Part shown: piece by piece, positions 28,598 to 38,060 of the stretch | Numbering within the stretch: the first letter of the stretch is position 1 | Layout of the letters: every line of letters starts with the position of its first letter | NCBI GenBank assembly: GCA_016208085.1 | Contig: JACQYT010000030.1 | Span: forward strand, 8,135 to 72,134 | Reading direction: 5' to 3' | Length of the DNA stretch: 64,000 nucleotides | Origin: Elusimicrobiota bacterium | GTDB lineage: Bacteria > Elusimicrobiota > Elusimicrobia > Elusimicrobiales > UBA9959 | Notes under the pieces: generated by a model | What the model was told of the DNA's origin: nothing | Databases searched by the model: none | The model's input: only the letters and a program-made list of their open reading frames with translations | Translations under genes and position numbers: made by a program

Positions 28598-28611
28598 TAC
28601 GGAGGTCAATC

Positions 28612-28935
28612 ATGGCGGCAGTTGAGATCAAGAACGACGGCGATACCCTGGATAAACTTATCTGCGACTACGGCCCCACGAAATACAGGGACGTTGTATG
28701 GGCGATGGAATGGGCCCGTCACCTGAGATGGGATGAAATGTCCCGCCGGCTGCCCATGGCCGAGCTGATAGAAAAAGCCATGCTTGAAGTAATAAGCGGC
28801 GAAGTGACTCCCACAACCATACTTGCCGCCGCGCAAAAGGATACGGCCGTAACCGAGAAGATCGCCGAGAAGAAAGAAGAGGGCAAAAAAGAGAAACCTA
28901 AAAAAAAAGAGGGCAAAGAGAAAGCTAAAAAATAA
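28612..28935 (+). CDS. rpoZ: Probable divergent RNA polymerase omega subunit
   Basis: gmk-rpoZ synteny; KY..V......ARHL...AMLEV..G pattern; Lys/Glu tail; RBS GGAGG. Confidence 0.5.
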   Translation: MAAVEIKNDGDTLDKLICDYGPTKYRDVVWAMEWARHLRWDEMSRRLPMAELIEKAMLEVISGEVTPTTILAAAQKDTAVTEKIAEKKEEGKKEKPKKKEGKEKAKK

Positions 28936-28945
28936 CACTTCTTTT

Positions 28946-28979
28946 AAAAGCCCGGCGTCAGCTCAAAGCCGGGCTTTTT
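28946..28979 (+). terminator. Rho-independent terminator
   Basis: AAAAGCCCGGC-loop-GCCGGGCTTTTT. Confidence 0.75.
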
Positions 28980-29018
28980 CGTGCGCACGGCTCGCGCGCG
29001 CGCCGGAAAAAAAGGAAT

Positions 29019-29861
29019 ATGAAAAACGAATTAAAAAAACTGGCCGGAGAGCTGGCCGCCCACATCAAAAATCTGGACGAGGATACGTATATACCGGGGA
29101 CAAGCAAGACAGCAAGACAGCAAGACAGCAAGACAGCGGGACAGCAAGACAGCAAGACAGTCACAAGCCGGAAGCCGCAAGTCACGGAACAGAAGTCACC
29201 GGTGACCGACTGCCAGTCACCAGCTGCCGGCCACCCGTCTCAGGGCGGCGGGGCCGGGATGGCGGCCCTTGCTGAAGAAATAAAAAAATGCCGGAAATGC
29301 CGGCTCGGCAATGGGCGGCTGAACGCCGTTTTCGGCGTGGGTGATCCGCGTTCCAAAATTGTTTTTGTGGGCGAAGGTCCGGGCTACGAGGAAGACCATC
29401 GTGGAGAGCCCTTCGTCGGCAGATCAGGCCAGCTCCTGGACAAAATACTGGACACCGTGCTGGGTTTAAAGCGCAGCCAGGTCTATATCGCCAACATAGT
29501 CAAATGCCATCCGATGGTGAATCCGGAGAATCCCCAGGCCAGGGGCAACGACCGTCCCCCGACCCCGGAGGAAATCTCCGCCTGCAGGCCGTATCTGGAC
29601 AGGCAATTGATCCTGATAAAACCCGAATGCATCGTAACGCTCGGTTCGGTGGCCACAAAGGCGCTTTTAGGCGTCACCCAGGGCATAAGCCTTGTCAGGG
29701 GCAAATGGCACGATTATCCGGCGGAGCTTTTCGGCCCCGGCCATCCCATCAAAGTGCTTCCCACTTATCACCCGGCGGCCCTGCTTCGCAACCCGAATCT
29801 CAAACGGGACGCCTGGGAAGACATGAAAAAGCTGAAAGCGTTCCTGGAGGAGAGGGTTTAA
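29019..29861 (+). CDS. Uracil-DNA glycosylase family 4
   Basis: CxxC, GEGPG.EE, PFVGRSG, VKC, YHPAALLR; repeat-derived N-terminal linker. Confidence 0.9.
   Translation: MKNELKKLAGELAAHIKNLDEDTYIPGTSKTARQQDSKTAGQQDSKTVTSRKPQVTEQKSPVTDCQSPAAGHPSQGGGAGMAALAEEIKKCRKCRLGNGRLNAVFGVGDPRSKIVFVGEGPGYEEDHRGEPFVGRSGQLLDKILDTVLGLKRSQVYIANIVKCHPMVNPENPQARGNDRPPTPEEISACRPYLDRQLILIKPECIVTLGSVATKALLGVTQGISLVRGKWHDYPAELFGPGHPIKVLPTYHPAALLRNPNLKRDAWEDMKKLKAFLEERV
29103..29158 (+). repeat. (AGCAAGAC)7 octamer tandem repeat inside the UDG gene
   Basis: Six perfect units and one AGCGGGAC. Confidence 0.9.
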
Positions 29862-29882
29862 GGGTTTGAGGGTCTTAAGGTT

Positions 29883-30005
29883 GATTCTCCCGTAAAAAGT
29901 CCACATTCCGGAAAATTGTAGCGGCGGGATTACTATCCCGCCCAATGGAGGCGAATAGTAATTCGCCCGCTACAGAACCGCAAAATGACTTTTTACGAGT
30001 GAATC
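29883..30005. mobile_element. MITE family A copy 4
   Basis: IRs, AAGGTT duplication, divergent REP core; inserted in a GGGTTTAA-like octamer tract. Confidence 0.85.
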
Positions 30006-30088
30006 AAGGTTTAAGGGGCTGAATAAAAAATCACATAGTTTTCCGTTGTTTTTACCCTAAAACCCTTCGACCCTGAAACCCTTCTGCT

Positions 30089-32107
30089 ATGATCGCCGAT
30101 ATTGCATTTCCGGTCCCGTTAAGAAAGACCTTCTGCTACCGGCTGAATGACGGTCTGCTTGAGCGCGCGCGGCCGGGGCTGCGCGTACTGGCCCCGTTCG
30201 GGCCCAGGATGGCTGCCGGCCTGATAATAAAACTGCGCGAGGAATCAGCGGTGGAGCTCTCCGGCTTCAAAACGATAAAGACCGTGGACACCCTGCTGGA
30301 CAATTCCCCGGTCTTTAAAGACGATGTGCCGGCCCTGGCATTATGGATGCAGGCCCGCTGGAACGCGCCGGTGGGCCTTGCCGTTGACAGTTTTTTTCCC
30401 CGCATGTTGCCGCCTGTCCTCCCCCTTCCGTCCTCTACCCTCTACCCTCTACCCTCTACCCTTCCGGCAGTCCCGCCTCTGGCGGGCGAACTGGCCGGGA
30501 TAACGGACAAACTGTCGGCGTTCATTAATAATACGGAATGCGGCAGGCCCGCGGCGCACGTGCTGTTCGGCCCGCCGCAGCACGGCCGCTATGAAATCTA
30601 CCTTGAACTGATAAAAAAAGCGGTTTCCGGCGGCGGCCAGGCCCTCTGCCTTGTGCCTGACCTGAATCTGATGCCCCATTTTATGGAGCGGCTCGGTTCC
30701 GCCTTCAAGCCGGAAGCTGTGGCCGTCTGGCACAGCCGCATCGCCGCCAGACAGAAGCGTTCGGTCTGGCTGGGCGTATTGAACGGCTCGGTAAAGATAG
30801 TGCTGGGCGCGCGTTCCGCCGTCTTCCTCCCTTTCCGAGAACTGGCCCTCGCCATTATTGACGAAGAGCAGGACGATATTTACAAGCAGGAGGAGCAGGA
30901 ACCCAATTTCCACGCGCGGGCGCTGCTGCTGAAACGCGCACAATATCACAATACCTGCCTGCTCCTGGCCAGCGCCTGCCCGTCCATGGAGGCTTATGCC
31001 GGCGTGAAAGCGGGGCGGTTTACCTGGAATGATCTGCCGCGTCCGGTCCGCGGCCGCCCCAGGGTGACCATAATAGATATGGAAAAGCATCCCTGGGACA
31101 TAATTTCGCCGCCGCTCGCAGAAAAGCTCAAAAAGGCCGTCGGGGAAAAACGGCAGGCCCTGGTGCTCTCCGGCAGGAAAGGCTATGCTTCGCTTTTCAT
31201 GTGCGCCAACTGCGGCTGGATAAAGCGGTGCCCGCGCTGCCGCATCCCGCTGGGAGTAAAAAAGGACGGGGAAGCCTGCGGGGTCGTCTGCTGGCGCTGC
31301 GGCAGAAAAGAGCCGCTGCCGGAGAGCTGTCCCAAGTGCTCGGGGAAAGTCTTCAGGGAGAAGGGCGCCGGCACGCAGAAGGTTGAGGGTTACCTGAAGA
31401 AGCTTCTGCCCGGGACGCGGGTGGCGCGGTTCGACGGGGACCTGCTTAAAAGTTCGGTCAAGGGCGCCGCGGCCGTTTACGGGGCTTTTTTAAAGGGCGA
31501 GACGGATATCCTGGTCGGGACCAGGCTGCTGGCCAGGGGCCACGATTTTCCGAACCTGGGCGTAATAGGCGTGATAGATTCGGACAGCGGGCTTTCCACG
31601 GCCGATTTCCGGGCTTCGGAAAAGGTTTTCCAGACGCTTTTTGAGGCCTGCTCCACGCTTGAGACGGCGGCCGCCGAGCCTGAGTTCCTGGTCCAAACCC
31701 GGCAGCCCGGGCATTATATATTTTCGGTCCTGCCGGACATGGATTACCGGAAGTTCGCCGAAGACGAGCTCGCGGCCCGCAGGGATTTTTTCTACCCTCC
31801 GTTCTCGGAGCTTGTGCGGCTGGGTTTCGCCTCTTTTGAGCCGAAGGCGCTGGCGGATTTTTCGGGTTCGGCGCTTAAGGCCCTGGATTTCCCCGCCGCG
31901 CCGGACGAGCCGGCCCAGCTGCAGCCGGAAATCCTCGGCCCGATGGCGGTGGGCGATCTGAAGAGAAGCCGCCTGCTGAAGGAGTATTATCTGGTCAAGC
32001 TGCCGGACGAGGCCGCGCTGGCCTATTGTCTTGAGCGGCTGCGGCCCCTAAAACCCCCGAAATCAGTAAAATTCAAAATAACCGCCGACCCCTACGGCCT
32101 CGGTTGA
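30089..32107 (+). CDS. priA: Primosomal protein N' with degenerate helicase motifs
   Basis: 3'-DNA-binding N-terminus (PFG.R), GARSAVF.P, IIDEEQ, four CxxC, GTQKVE, G.DFP. Confidence 0.88.
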   Translation: MIADIAFPVPLRKTFCYRLNDGLLERARPGLRVLAPFGPRMAAGLIIKLREESAVELSGFKTIKTVDTLLDNSPVFKDDVPALALWMQARWNAPVGLAVDSFFPRMLPPVLPLPSSTLYPLPSTLPAVPPLAGELAGITDKLSAFINNTECGRPAAHVLFGPPQHGRYEIYLELIKKAVSGGGQALCLVPDLNLMPHFMERLGSAFKPEAVAVWHSRIAARQKRSVWLGVLNGSVKIVLGARSAVFLPFRELALAIIDEEQDDIYKQEEQEPNFHARALLLKRAQYHNTCLLLASACPSMEAYAGVKAGRFTWNDLPRPVRGRPRVTIIDMEKHPWDIISPPLAEKLKKAVGEKRQALVLSGRKGYASLFMCANCGWIKRCPRCRIPLGVKKDGEACGVVCWRCGRKEPLPESCPKCSGKVFREKGAGTQKVEGYLKKLLPGTRVARFDGDLLKSSVKGAAAVYGAFLKGETDILVGTRLLARGHDFPNLGVIGVIDSDSGLSTADFRASEKVFQTLFEACSTLETAAAEPEFLVQTRQPGHYIFSVLPDMDYRKFAEDELAARRDFFYPPFSELVRLGFASFEPKALADFSGSALKALDFPAAPDEPAQLQPEILGPMAVGDLKRSRLLKEYYLVKLPDEAALAYCLERLRPLKPPKSVKFKITADPYGLG

Positions 32108-32127
32108 AACCATCTTTTTTATTTATC

Positions 32128-32898
32128 TTACGTTTTACAGATGAAACAGTACCATTGACCTTGATCATGAAAGAAGGCAAGTTCACCGCCGCAGGTTGTG
32201 CATTGCTTTGACACGGAAGGCGACGCCGGCTGCGGGGACGGATAACTGTTGCAGGCATAGCAGTAATATAATTTGTATTGAGGCACATATACCAGGTATT
32301 TATTGCAGGCGCCGCAAAAGTGCGGTATTACCGGGGACGCCGGTCGTCCTTGCGGCGGTACGGAAGGCAGCGAGGGGGACGCAGAGCCCGGACCTGTTTC
32401 ATGCGCCTGAGTTTCTGTGTTTTGGGATATCCCGGGCTGTGCCTGCGGCGCTGGGGCGGCTTCGTTTACAGGGCGTGCCTTGGCGGGAATGTTTATATTA
32501 AGCACTTTGGCGAGCTTCTGCTTTATCTGTTCTATGTTGAACGGTTTGTTGAGATATCCTACAGCGCCGTTTTGCATCGCCTTTTCCACAGTCCGCATCA
32601 AGGATTCGCTGGTGCACATAATAACCGGGATAGGAGAGGTTTTGCGGTTCTTTTTCAAAAGCAGACAGGTATCCAGCCCGGAGATGCCCGGCATCAGGAC
32701 ATCCAGGAGTATAACATCCGGATGTTCCTTCTCGGCCAGTTTAACGCCATCCTCGCCGTTAGAAGCGGTCAGGAATTTAAATCCCAGATCTTTGATTACA
32801 AATGCCAGCAGATCCTGTACAAGCGCGGAATCGTCTATTGATAAAACTTTGATCGCTTTTTCTTTTTTGCCGAAAAATCCCATAGTTTTCGCAACCAT
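32128..32898 (-). CDS. Response regulator receiver with two C-terminal zinc ribbons
   Basis: IDDS, LLD, KPF receiver motifs; CxxC...YCxxC twice after Pro-rich linker. Confidence 0.85.
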   Translation of the reverse strand: MVAKTMGFFGKKEKAIKVLSIDDSALVQDLLAFVIKDLGFKFLTASNGEDGVKLAEKEHPDVILLDVLMPGISGLDTCLLLKKNRKTSPIPVIMCTSESLMRTVEKAMQNGAVGYLNKPFNIEQIKQKLAKVLNINIPAKARPVNEAAPAPQAQPGISQNTETQAHETGPGSASPSLPSVPPQGRPASPVIPHFCGACNKYLVYVPQYKLYYCYACNSYPSPQPASPSVSKQCTTCGGELAFFHDQGQWYCFICKT

Positions 32899-32981
32899 CT
32901 GTCCCGGTATATACTCGCAAACATAAAACTCAAAGTAACATGTTCGGGTAATGGAAAAGGCTCCTGCTGGTCTGCATGGGT

Positions 32982-34139
32982 CTACTGTTTTTTTGAAAAA
33001 TAAACCGTTGTTCCGTCCAGGGAGGCCCGGGCGCTGATAATTTCACAACCTATCGCAAGCACTTCCTTGCCCAGGTTTCTGCTGATGTTTTGGGAAAACA
33101 CATTAAAAACTATTTCCACCTGAACGGGCGTCTTTGCGCTTAAAAGCGTCGCTGCACGGGTTTCCTCAATCTCAATGACCGGGAGCTTCAGTTCGAGGAA
33201 ATAACACGGCTTGGCTTCGTATCGGCCGCTTATCTCATAGCCGCGCCGGTTCAGCTCATACTCAGGCAAAGTCGCCGTGAATTTAAGCGCGAATTTCCTG
33301 TTAAGGAGGTCCTGGTAACGGCGCCCCGGCGTGGCTTCGTTTTGTTTGCGCTCCAGGTCATTGTTCCCCAGCGCTTTGTTTTGGATCGCATCATGGAGCT
33401 CTTTGCGCCTGTCGGCATCCTCCCGCTCCAGCTTTTTATAGTTGTCATACTCCGCGACCTTAAAGCCCGGTCCGCGGGCGAACGTTCTCGTCCTGTTAAA
33501 AACATAAGACACGCCCTTCAGGTTTTGTTCGTGAGCGTAAGCGGGTTCCCCGGCGGATATTTCTTTCTGGAGCTCCCCGATGCCCGGCAGACTGATCCCC
33601 GGGACCAAAGTCCTTGCTTTGCCCAGGTTCTCCCTTGCCTGGTCAAATTGCATCCGGTTCAAATTCTCTCTTGCGGCGGACACCAGGCTCAGGGCCGTAA
33701 TTTCAAGATTTTTTATTCTCAAAAGCTGCACCTCCGCATATTCCGTAAAATCCTCGTTTACCCCGCGAACCTGATTCAAAACCGCCCGTGTCGCTTCCAG
33801 GTTGGGACTCGCGATGTCTCCGAGGAGATTGTGAAGCGCGCTTCTTACCTTGTCGGCGGGATGCCCGGCTTCCAGCGCCTTTTTAAATGAAAGCAAAGCC
33901 GCTCCTTTTTTATTGTCTCTGGAAAGCAATACGCCGATCTCGTAATGCGCCGCCGCGGCTTTCGTACCGGTCGGATGTTTTGCCAGATACGCTTCATAGG
34001 AAGCCAGCGCCATTTTGTGCGCCCCGCCCTTCGCATGCCTGGCGGCAAGGTCAAAATCATCAGAGCAGCCGCAGAAAAAAAAGAAGACAGGAATGAGGCC
34101 TGCGAGATATCTTGTTCTTATCATTGCGGAGCTTATCAT
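32982..34139 (-). CDS. TPR-containing lipoprotein
   Basis: Lipobox-like CGC; TPR-like helices. Confidence 0.6.
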   Translation of the reverse strand: MISSAMIRTRYLAGLIPVFFFFCGCSDDFDLAARHAKGGAHKMALASYEAYLAKHPTGTKAAAAHYEIGVLLSRDNKKGAALLSFKKALEAGHPADKVRSALHNLLGDIASPNLEATRAVLNQVRGVNEDFTEYAEVQLLRIKNLEITALSLVSAARENLNRMQFDQARENLGKARTLVPGISLPGIGELQKEISAGEPAYAHEQNLKGVSYVFNRTRTFARGPGFKVAEYDNYKKLEREDADRRKELHDAIQNKALGNNDLERKQNEATPGRRYQDLLNRKFALKFTATLPEYELNRRGYEISGRYEAKPCYFLELKLPVIEIEETRAATLLSAKTPVQVEIVFNVFSQNISRNLGKEVLAIGCEIISARASLDGTTVYFSKKQ

Positions 34140-34325
34140 AAGGCAAAGGGGTCTTGAATCCTTACATTATTAAGGGCCGACACGGCTGCCCCGTTTGAAT
34201 ATTATGCACCAAATCGGGGCTGTCGCGCAAATTTTTATGAGTCGGCGCTGCAGAGCCGCCGACAGGCTTCAGGCATCAATCCGGCTGATTTTTGTTACTT
34301 TTTCCCCTCAAAAATAATAAAATAT

Positions 34326-34356
34326 GGGGACACACCTTGCTGCAAGGTGTGTCCCC
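34326..34356. repeat. Perfect 15-bp inverted repeat (GGGGAC-type REP-like)
   Basis: GGGGACACACCTTGC-T-GCAAGGTGTGTCCCC, 10 nt before tyrS start. Confidence 0.8.
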
Positions 34357-34366
34357 GGGGAAACCG

Positions 34367-35539
34367 ATGAACGACGAAAACGCGCTTAAAGAGCTTTCAA
34401 GGGGTCTGGTGGATATAGTGAACCGCGAGGAACTGCTCAAGAAAATTTCCTCCGGCAAGAAGCTGCGCGTAAAGCTTGGCGTGGACCCCACCAGCCGGGA
34501 CCTGCACCTGGGACACAGTATCGTGTTCTCCAAACTCCGCCAGTTCCAGGACCTGGGCCACACGGCGGTGCTGATAGTCGGGGATTTCACCGCCCAGGTG
34601 GGCGACCCTTCCGGCCGGGATTCCACGCGCCCCATACTGGACCGCGCGGCGGTGGCCGGCAACGCCGAAACCTATACCCGGCAGGCGTTCAAGCTGCTGG
34701 ATGAGGATAAGACCGAAATAAGGTTCAACAGCGAATGGCTCAAACCTTTCATCGGGGACCGGGCGGAAAACGTTTCCGGTTTCATCACGACGGCAAAAAG
34801 CGTGACTATCTCCCGCCTGCTTGAACGGGAGGATTTCAGGACCCGGATGGCCGCCGGCGCGCCGGTGAGCCTGCTTGAACTGCTCTACCCCGTTTTCCAG
34901 GGCTATGACTCGGTGGCGGTCAAAGCCGACATAGAGCTGGGCGGGGCCGACCAGCTTTTCAACCTGCTGGTGGGCAGGGACCTCCAGAAAATCTACGGCA
35001 TGGAGCCGCAGGTGGTGATGACCGTGCCGCTCCTTATCGGCATGGACGGCGTAAAAAAGATGTCAAAATCCTACGGCAACTGCGTGGCGCTGACCGACGC
35101 GCCGCAGGAGATGTTCGGCAAGCTGATGTCCGTATCCGACGAGCTCATGTGTAAATATTACGAACTGCTCACTTTTGAAGACCTCGCTGAGGTTAAAAGG
35201 CGCCATCCCATGGACGCCAAGAAGGCCCTGGCCGCGCTGGTCGTGAAAAAATACCACGGCCCGGCCGAGGCTGAGGCGGCCCGGCAGCATTTCGAACGGG
35301 TTTTTTCCCGGAAAGAGCCGCCCCGGGACATCCAGACTTTCAGGGCGGAAAAACCCGGAAAGCTCTCGTACTTGCTGGTCGCCTCGGGGCTGTGCAAAGG
35401 CGCCAACGAAGCCCGCCGGCTTATCGCGCAAGGCGCGGTGCGCATAGATGGGGAAAAAGTCGCCGGGGATATTTTTTTCGAGCCTAAGGACTGCGTGCTG
35501 CAGGTGGGCAGAAGGCAATTCGTAAAAATTATAAAATGA
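34367..35539 (+). CDS. tyrS: Tyrosine--tRNA ligase
   Basis: GVDPT..DLHLGH; QGYDS; GGADQ; KMSKS; S4-like tail. Confidence 0.96.
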   Translation: MNDENALKELSRGLVDIVNREELLKKISSGKKLRVKLGVDPTSRDLHLGHSIVFSKLRQFQDLGHTAVLIVGDFTAQVGDPSGRDSTRPILDRAAVAGNAETYTRQAFKLLDEDKTEIRFNSEWLKPFIGDRAENVSGFITTAKSVTISRLLEREDFRTRMAAGAPVSLLELLYPVFQGYDSVAVKADIELGGADQLFNLLVGRDLQKIYGMEPQVVMTVPLLIGMDGVKKMSKSYGNCVALTDAPQEMFGKLMSVSDELMCKYYELLTFEDLAEVKRRHPMDAKKALAALVVKKYHGPAEAEAARQHFERVFSRKEPPRDIQTFRAEKPGKLSYLLVASGLCKGANEARRLIAQGAVRIDGEKVAGDIFFEPKDCVLQVGRRQFVKIIK

Positions 35540-35593
35540 GCGTCAGCGGGCAGCGGCCTGTATGTTTGCGGCCTATGGGCCAAGGAGCGCCAG

Positions 35594-36547
35594 GTGAAAA
35601 TTAAAAAGATCAGCGCGGTTCTTTTAACATCGGTCCTGTTTCTCGCGCCGGCCGGCCTTAAGGCCCAAAAGCCGATAGAAGACGACAGCTATAAGACGAT
35701 GCTTGAGGAAGCCATGAAATCCGGCAAATACAGCCTGAGCCAGGTGGACAACTGGGACGCCCGCGTTAAAAAGATCTCGGGTTCCGTCAGCGTGAAAACC
35801 GCCGATTCGGAGGAATGGTCCAGACTTGAAGGGGAGATGCCGCTTGAGGCCTCGGATTTCGTGAAAACCGGCGGCGACGGCTCCGCCGAGATATATCTGG
35901 ACGACAAAGGCTCCATTTTCCTGGGCGGGAACACCCAGCTTGAGATCTCAGCCATTGTAAAGACGGAAACGGCTTTCTCGCTTAAATCCGGCTTTCTGGC
36001 GGCCAAGATCCGGCATTTTTTGAACGAGAAGTTTAAAATGCAGGTGCGCGTCCCGTCGGCTGTCTGCGCGGTGCGGGGCACCGAATTCGCGGTTCAGTAC
36101 TCCCCGTTCGGCAAAGAGACCGGGGCGGCGGTGTTTGACGAGGGCAGCCTGTTGGTAACGCCCATGGACGAAAAGGGCCAGACACTGGGCGAATATTTTC
36201 TGGAGAAAAACACCGAACTCACTTTCACCCCCGACCAGAGAAGATTGAAAACCGTGCCGCTGGCCAAGATGCGCCGCTACACCACCCAGATCGCCTTAAT
36301 GCGCCTGCGGCTCAAGGCTTTGAAAAAAGCGTGGAAGCCGCTGAGCCAGTCCAGGAGGGCGGATTTAAGGAACAAGGTCCTTAAGCATGTCATAAGAAAA
36401 GAATTGAATGACGGGTCCGGGCCGAAAAAGTCTAAATTCAAATCTAAAGTGAAAAACAAGGCCAAGCGCGGCGGCAGCGGCAGGGCGCCTAAAAAAACTG
36501 GCGCGCGCAGGGTCCGCCCCGTCGCCGAAGAAGAAGAGGAAGAGTAA
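35594..36547 (+). CDS. FecR-domain secreted protein
   Basis: Signal peptide; VKTG.DG.A; PSAVCAVRGTEF. Confidence 0.75.
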   Translation: MKIKKISAVLLTSVLFLAPAGLKAQKPIEDDSYKTMLEEAMKSGKYSLSQVDNWDARVKKISGSVSVKTADSEEWSRLEGEMPLEASDFVKTGGDGSAEIYLDDKGSIFLGGNTQLEISAIVKTETAFSLKSGFLAAKIRHFLNEKFKMQVRVPSAVCAVRGTEFAVQYSPFGKETGAAVFDEGSLLVTPMDEKGQTLGEYFLEKNTELTFTPDQRRLKTVPLAKMRRYTTQIALMRLRLKALKKAWKPLSQSRRADLRNKVLKHVIRKELNDGSGPKKSKFKSKVKNKAKRGGSGRAPKKTGARRVRPVAEEEEEE

Positions 36548-36564
36548 AAATTAAATTGAACCCC

Positions 36565-37122
36565 ATGCGTTTATTCATCGCTTCCGGTTTTCCGGAGCCG
36601 TTCATCGAGCGTGTAAACGAGATACAGGTTTTCGCGAAGGCGCGCCTTGAACGGGGAGTGAAATGGGTGGAGCCGCGAAACATTCACCTTACTTACGCGT
36701 TCCTGGGTTCGTGGCCCGAAGACCGGTCGCCGGCCATAAAGAGAAGCCTGGAAGCGGCCGCGGGGGTTTTTAAAAAGCCGGAAGTCACCCTGGACGGATT
36801 GGGCGCGTTCCCGTCTCTCGACAAGCCTCGCGTCCTGTGGCTTGGGCTTAAAGAAAAAGCGCCCGGAACGCTGAACGAGCTGGCGCTTAAAATATACGAG
36901 GCCCTTTTGGCCGAGGGGTTTATACTGGAACACAGGTTTTCGGCGCATCTCACCATAGGCAGGGTTAAGTCAGGAGTGGATCCGTCCGCTCTTGAAGAAA
37001 TACGCCGCAAAGCGGCGGGAACAGATGCTCGGTGCCTTCTGACTTCGGTGGACCTGATGGAAAGCCTGCTTTCAAGTTCCGGCCCCGAATATAAAATACT
37101 GGCTTCCCGTGAACTCTTATGA
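36565..37122 (+). CDS. thpR: RNA 2',3'-cyclic phosphodiesterase (2'-5' RNA ligase family)
   Basis: MRLFIA start; two HxT motifs (HLTY, HLTI); PRVLW. Confidence 0.9.
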   Translation: MRLFIASGFPEPFIERVNEIQVFAKARLERGVKWVEPRNIHLTYAFLGSWPEDRSPAIKRSLEAAAGVFKKPEVTLDGLGAFPSLDKPRVLWLGLKEKAPGTLNELALKIYEALLAEGFILEHRFSAHLTIGRVKSGVDPSALEEIRRKAAGTDARCLLTSVDLMESLLSSSGPEYKILASRELL

Positions 37123-38060
37123 GCGGATTCAATAAAACAATTTTTTCGGCGGTTTTCCTGCTGGCGGCGCTTTCAACCTATTTTTGCTGGCCCGGCGCTA
37201 AAGCGCAGGTTGTCATTCCGGAAGGCTCGTCGGCCGCCCAGGCGGCGGCCATTTTAAAACAGAACGGCGTGATCCTAAGCTCCAACTGGTTCAAGCTGCT
37301 GGTCCTGGCCACGGGCAGCGCCAAAAAAATAATGCCGGGGGACTACTCGTTCAGGAAATACATGTCCGCCGAAGAAGCCCTCTGGCGCCTGAGACACAGC
37401 ACCTACATAAACCATGTCAGGATAGTCCTGCCCGAAGGCTGGCGCATGGAGCAGATGGCGGAGCGCCTCCAATCCAACGGCGTGACCGATAAAAGCCGGT
37501 TTATGGCCGCGGTCAATAAAAGCGGGCTGGAAGGTTATCTTTTCCCTTCCACCTATTATTTCAAAAAAAATTCCTCCGCACAGGAAGTTATTAATTTGCT
37601 AAACTTGGAATTTGACAGGCGGGTACGCCCTCTGTTCTCTAAAGGCTTTCCGTCCGGTCTGGACGAAAAAAAAACGCTGATCCTGGCCGCTATAGTGGAG
37701 CGCGAGGCCGCTATACCGACCGAGCGGCCGCTTATAGCCGCGGTATATCTGAACAGATACCATAAAGGCATGGCGCTTGAGGCCGACCCGACGGTGCAGT
37801 ACGCCCTGGGGTATTGGAAAAAAGGGCTGACCTTGAAGGACCTTAAAATCAAATCCGCGTATAATACTTACGCGGTCGGCGGTCTTCCTCCCGGGCCGAT
37901 CTGCAATCCGGGTTATGATTCCGTGTCCGCCGTTTTGAATCCGGCCGATATAGACGCGCTTTACTTCGTGGCCGACAGGAAGGGCAGGCATATCTTTAAC
38001 GCGAAGTTCAGCGAGCATCTTAAAGCCAAAAGAAGAATAGAACAGGCCGGCAAAGAATAA
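37119..38060 (+). CDS. mltG: Endolytic transglycosylase MltG
   Basis: LEGYLFPSTY; IVERE; DPTVQY; YNTY...GLPPGPICNPG. Confidence 0.93.
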   Translation: MSGFNKTIFSAVFLLAALSTYFCWPGAKAQVVIPEGSSAAQAAAILKQNGVILSSNWFKLLVLATGSAKKIMPGDYSFRKYMSAEEALWRLRHSTYINHVRIVLPEGWRMEQMAERLQSNGVTDKSRFMAAVNKSGLEGYLFPSTYYFKKNSSAQEVINLLNLEFDRRVRPLFSKGFPSGLDEKKTLILAAIVEREAAIPTERPLIAAVYLNRYHKGMALEADPTVQYALGYWKKGLTLKDLKIKSAYNTYAVGGLPPGPICNPGYDSVSAVLNPADIDALYFVADRKGRHIFNAKFSEHLKAKRRIEQAGKE

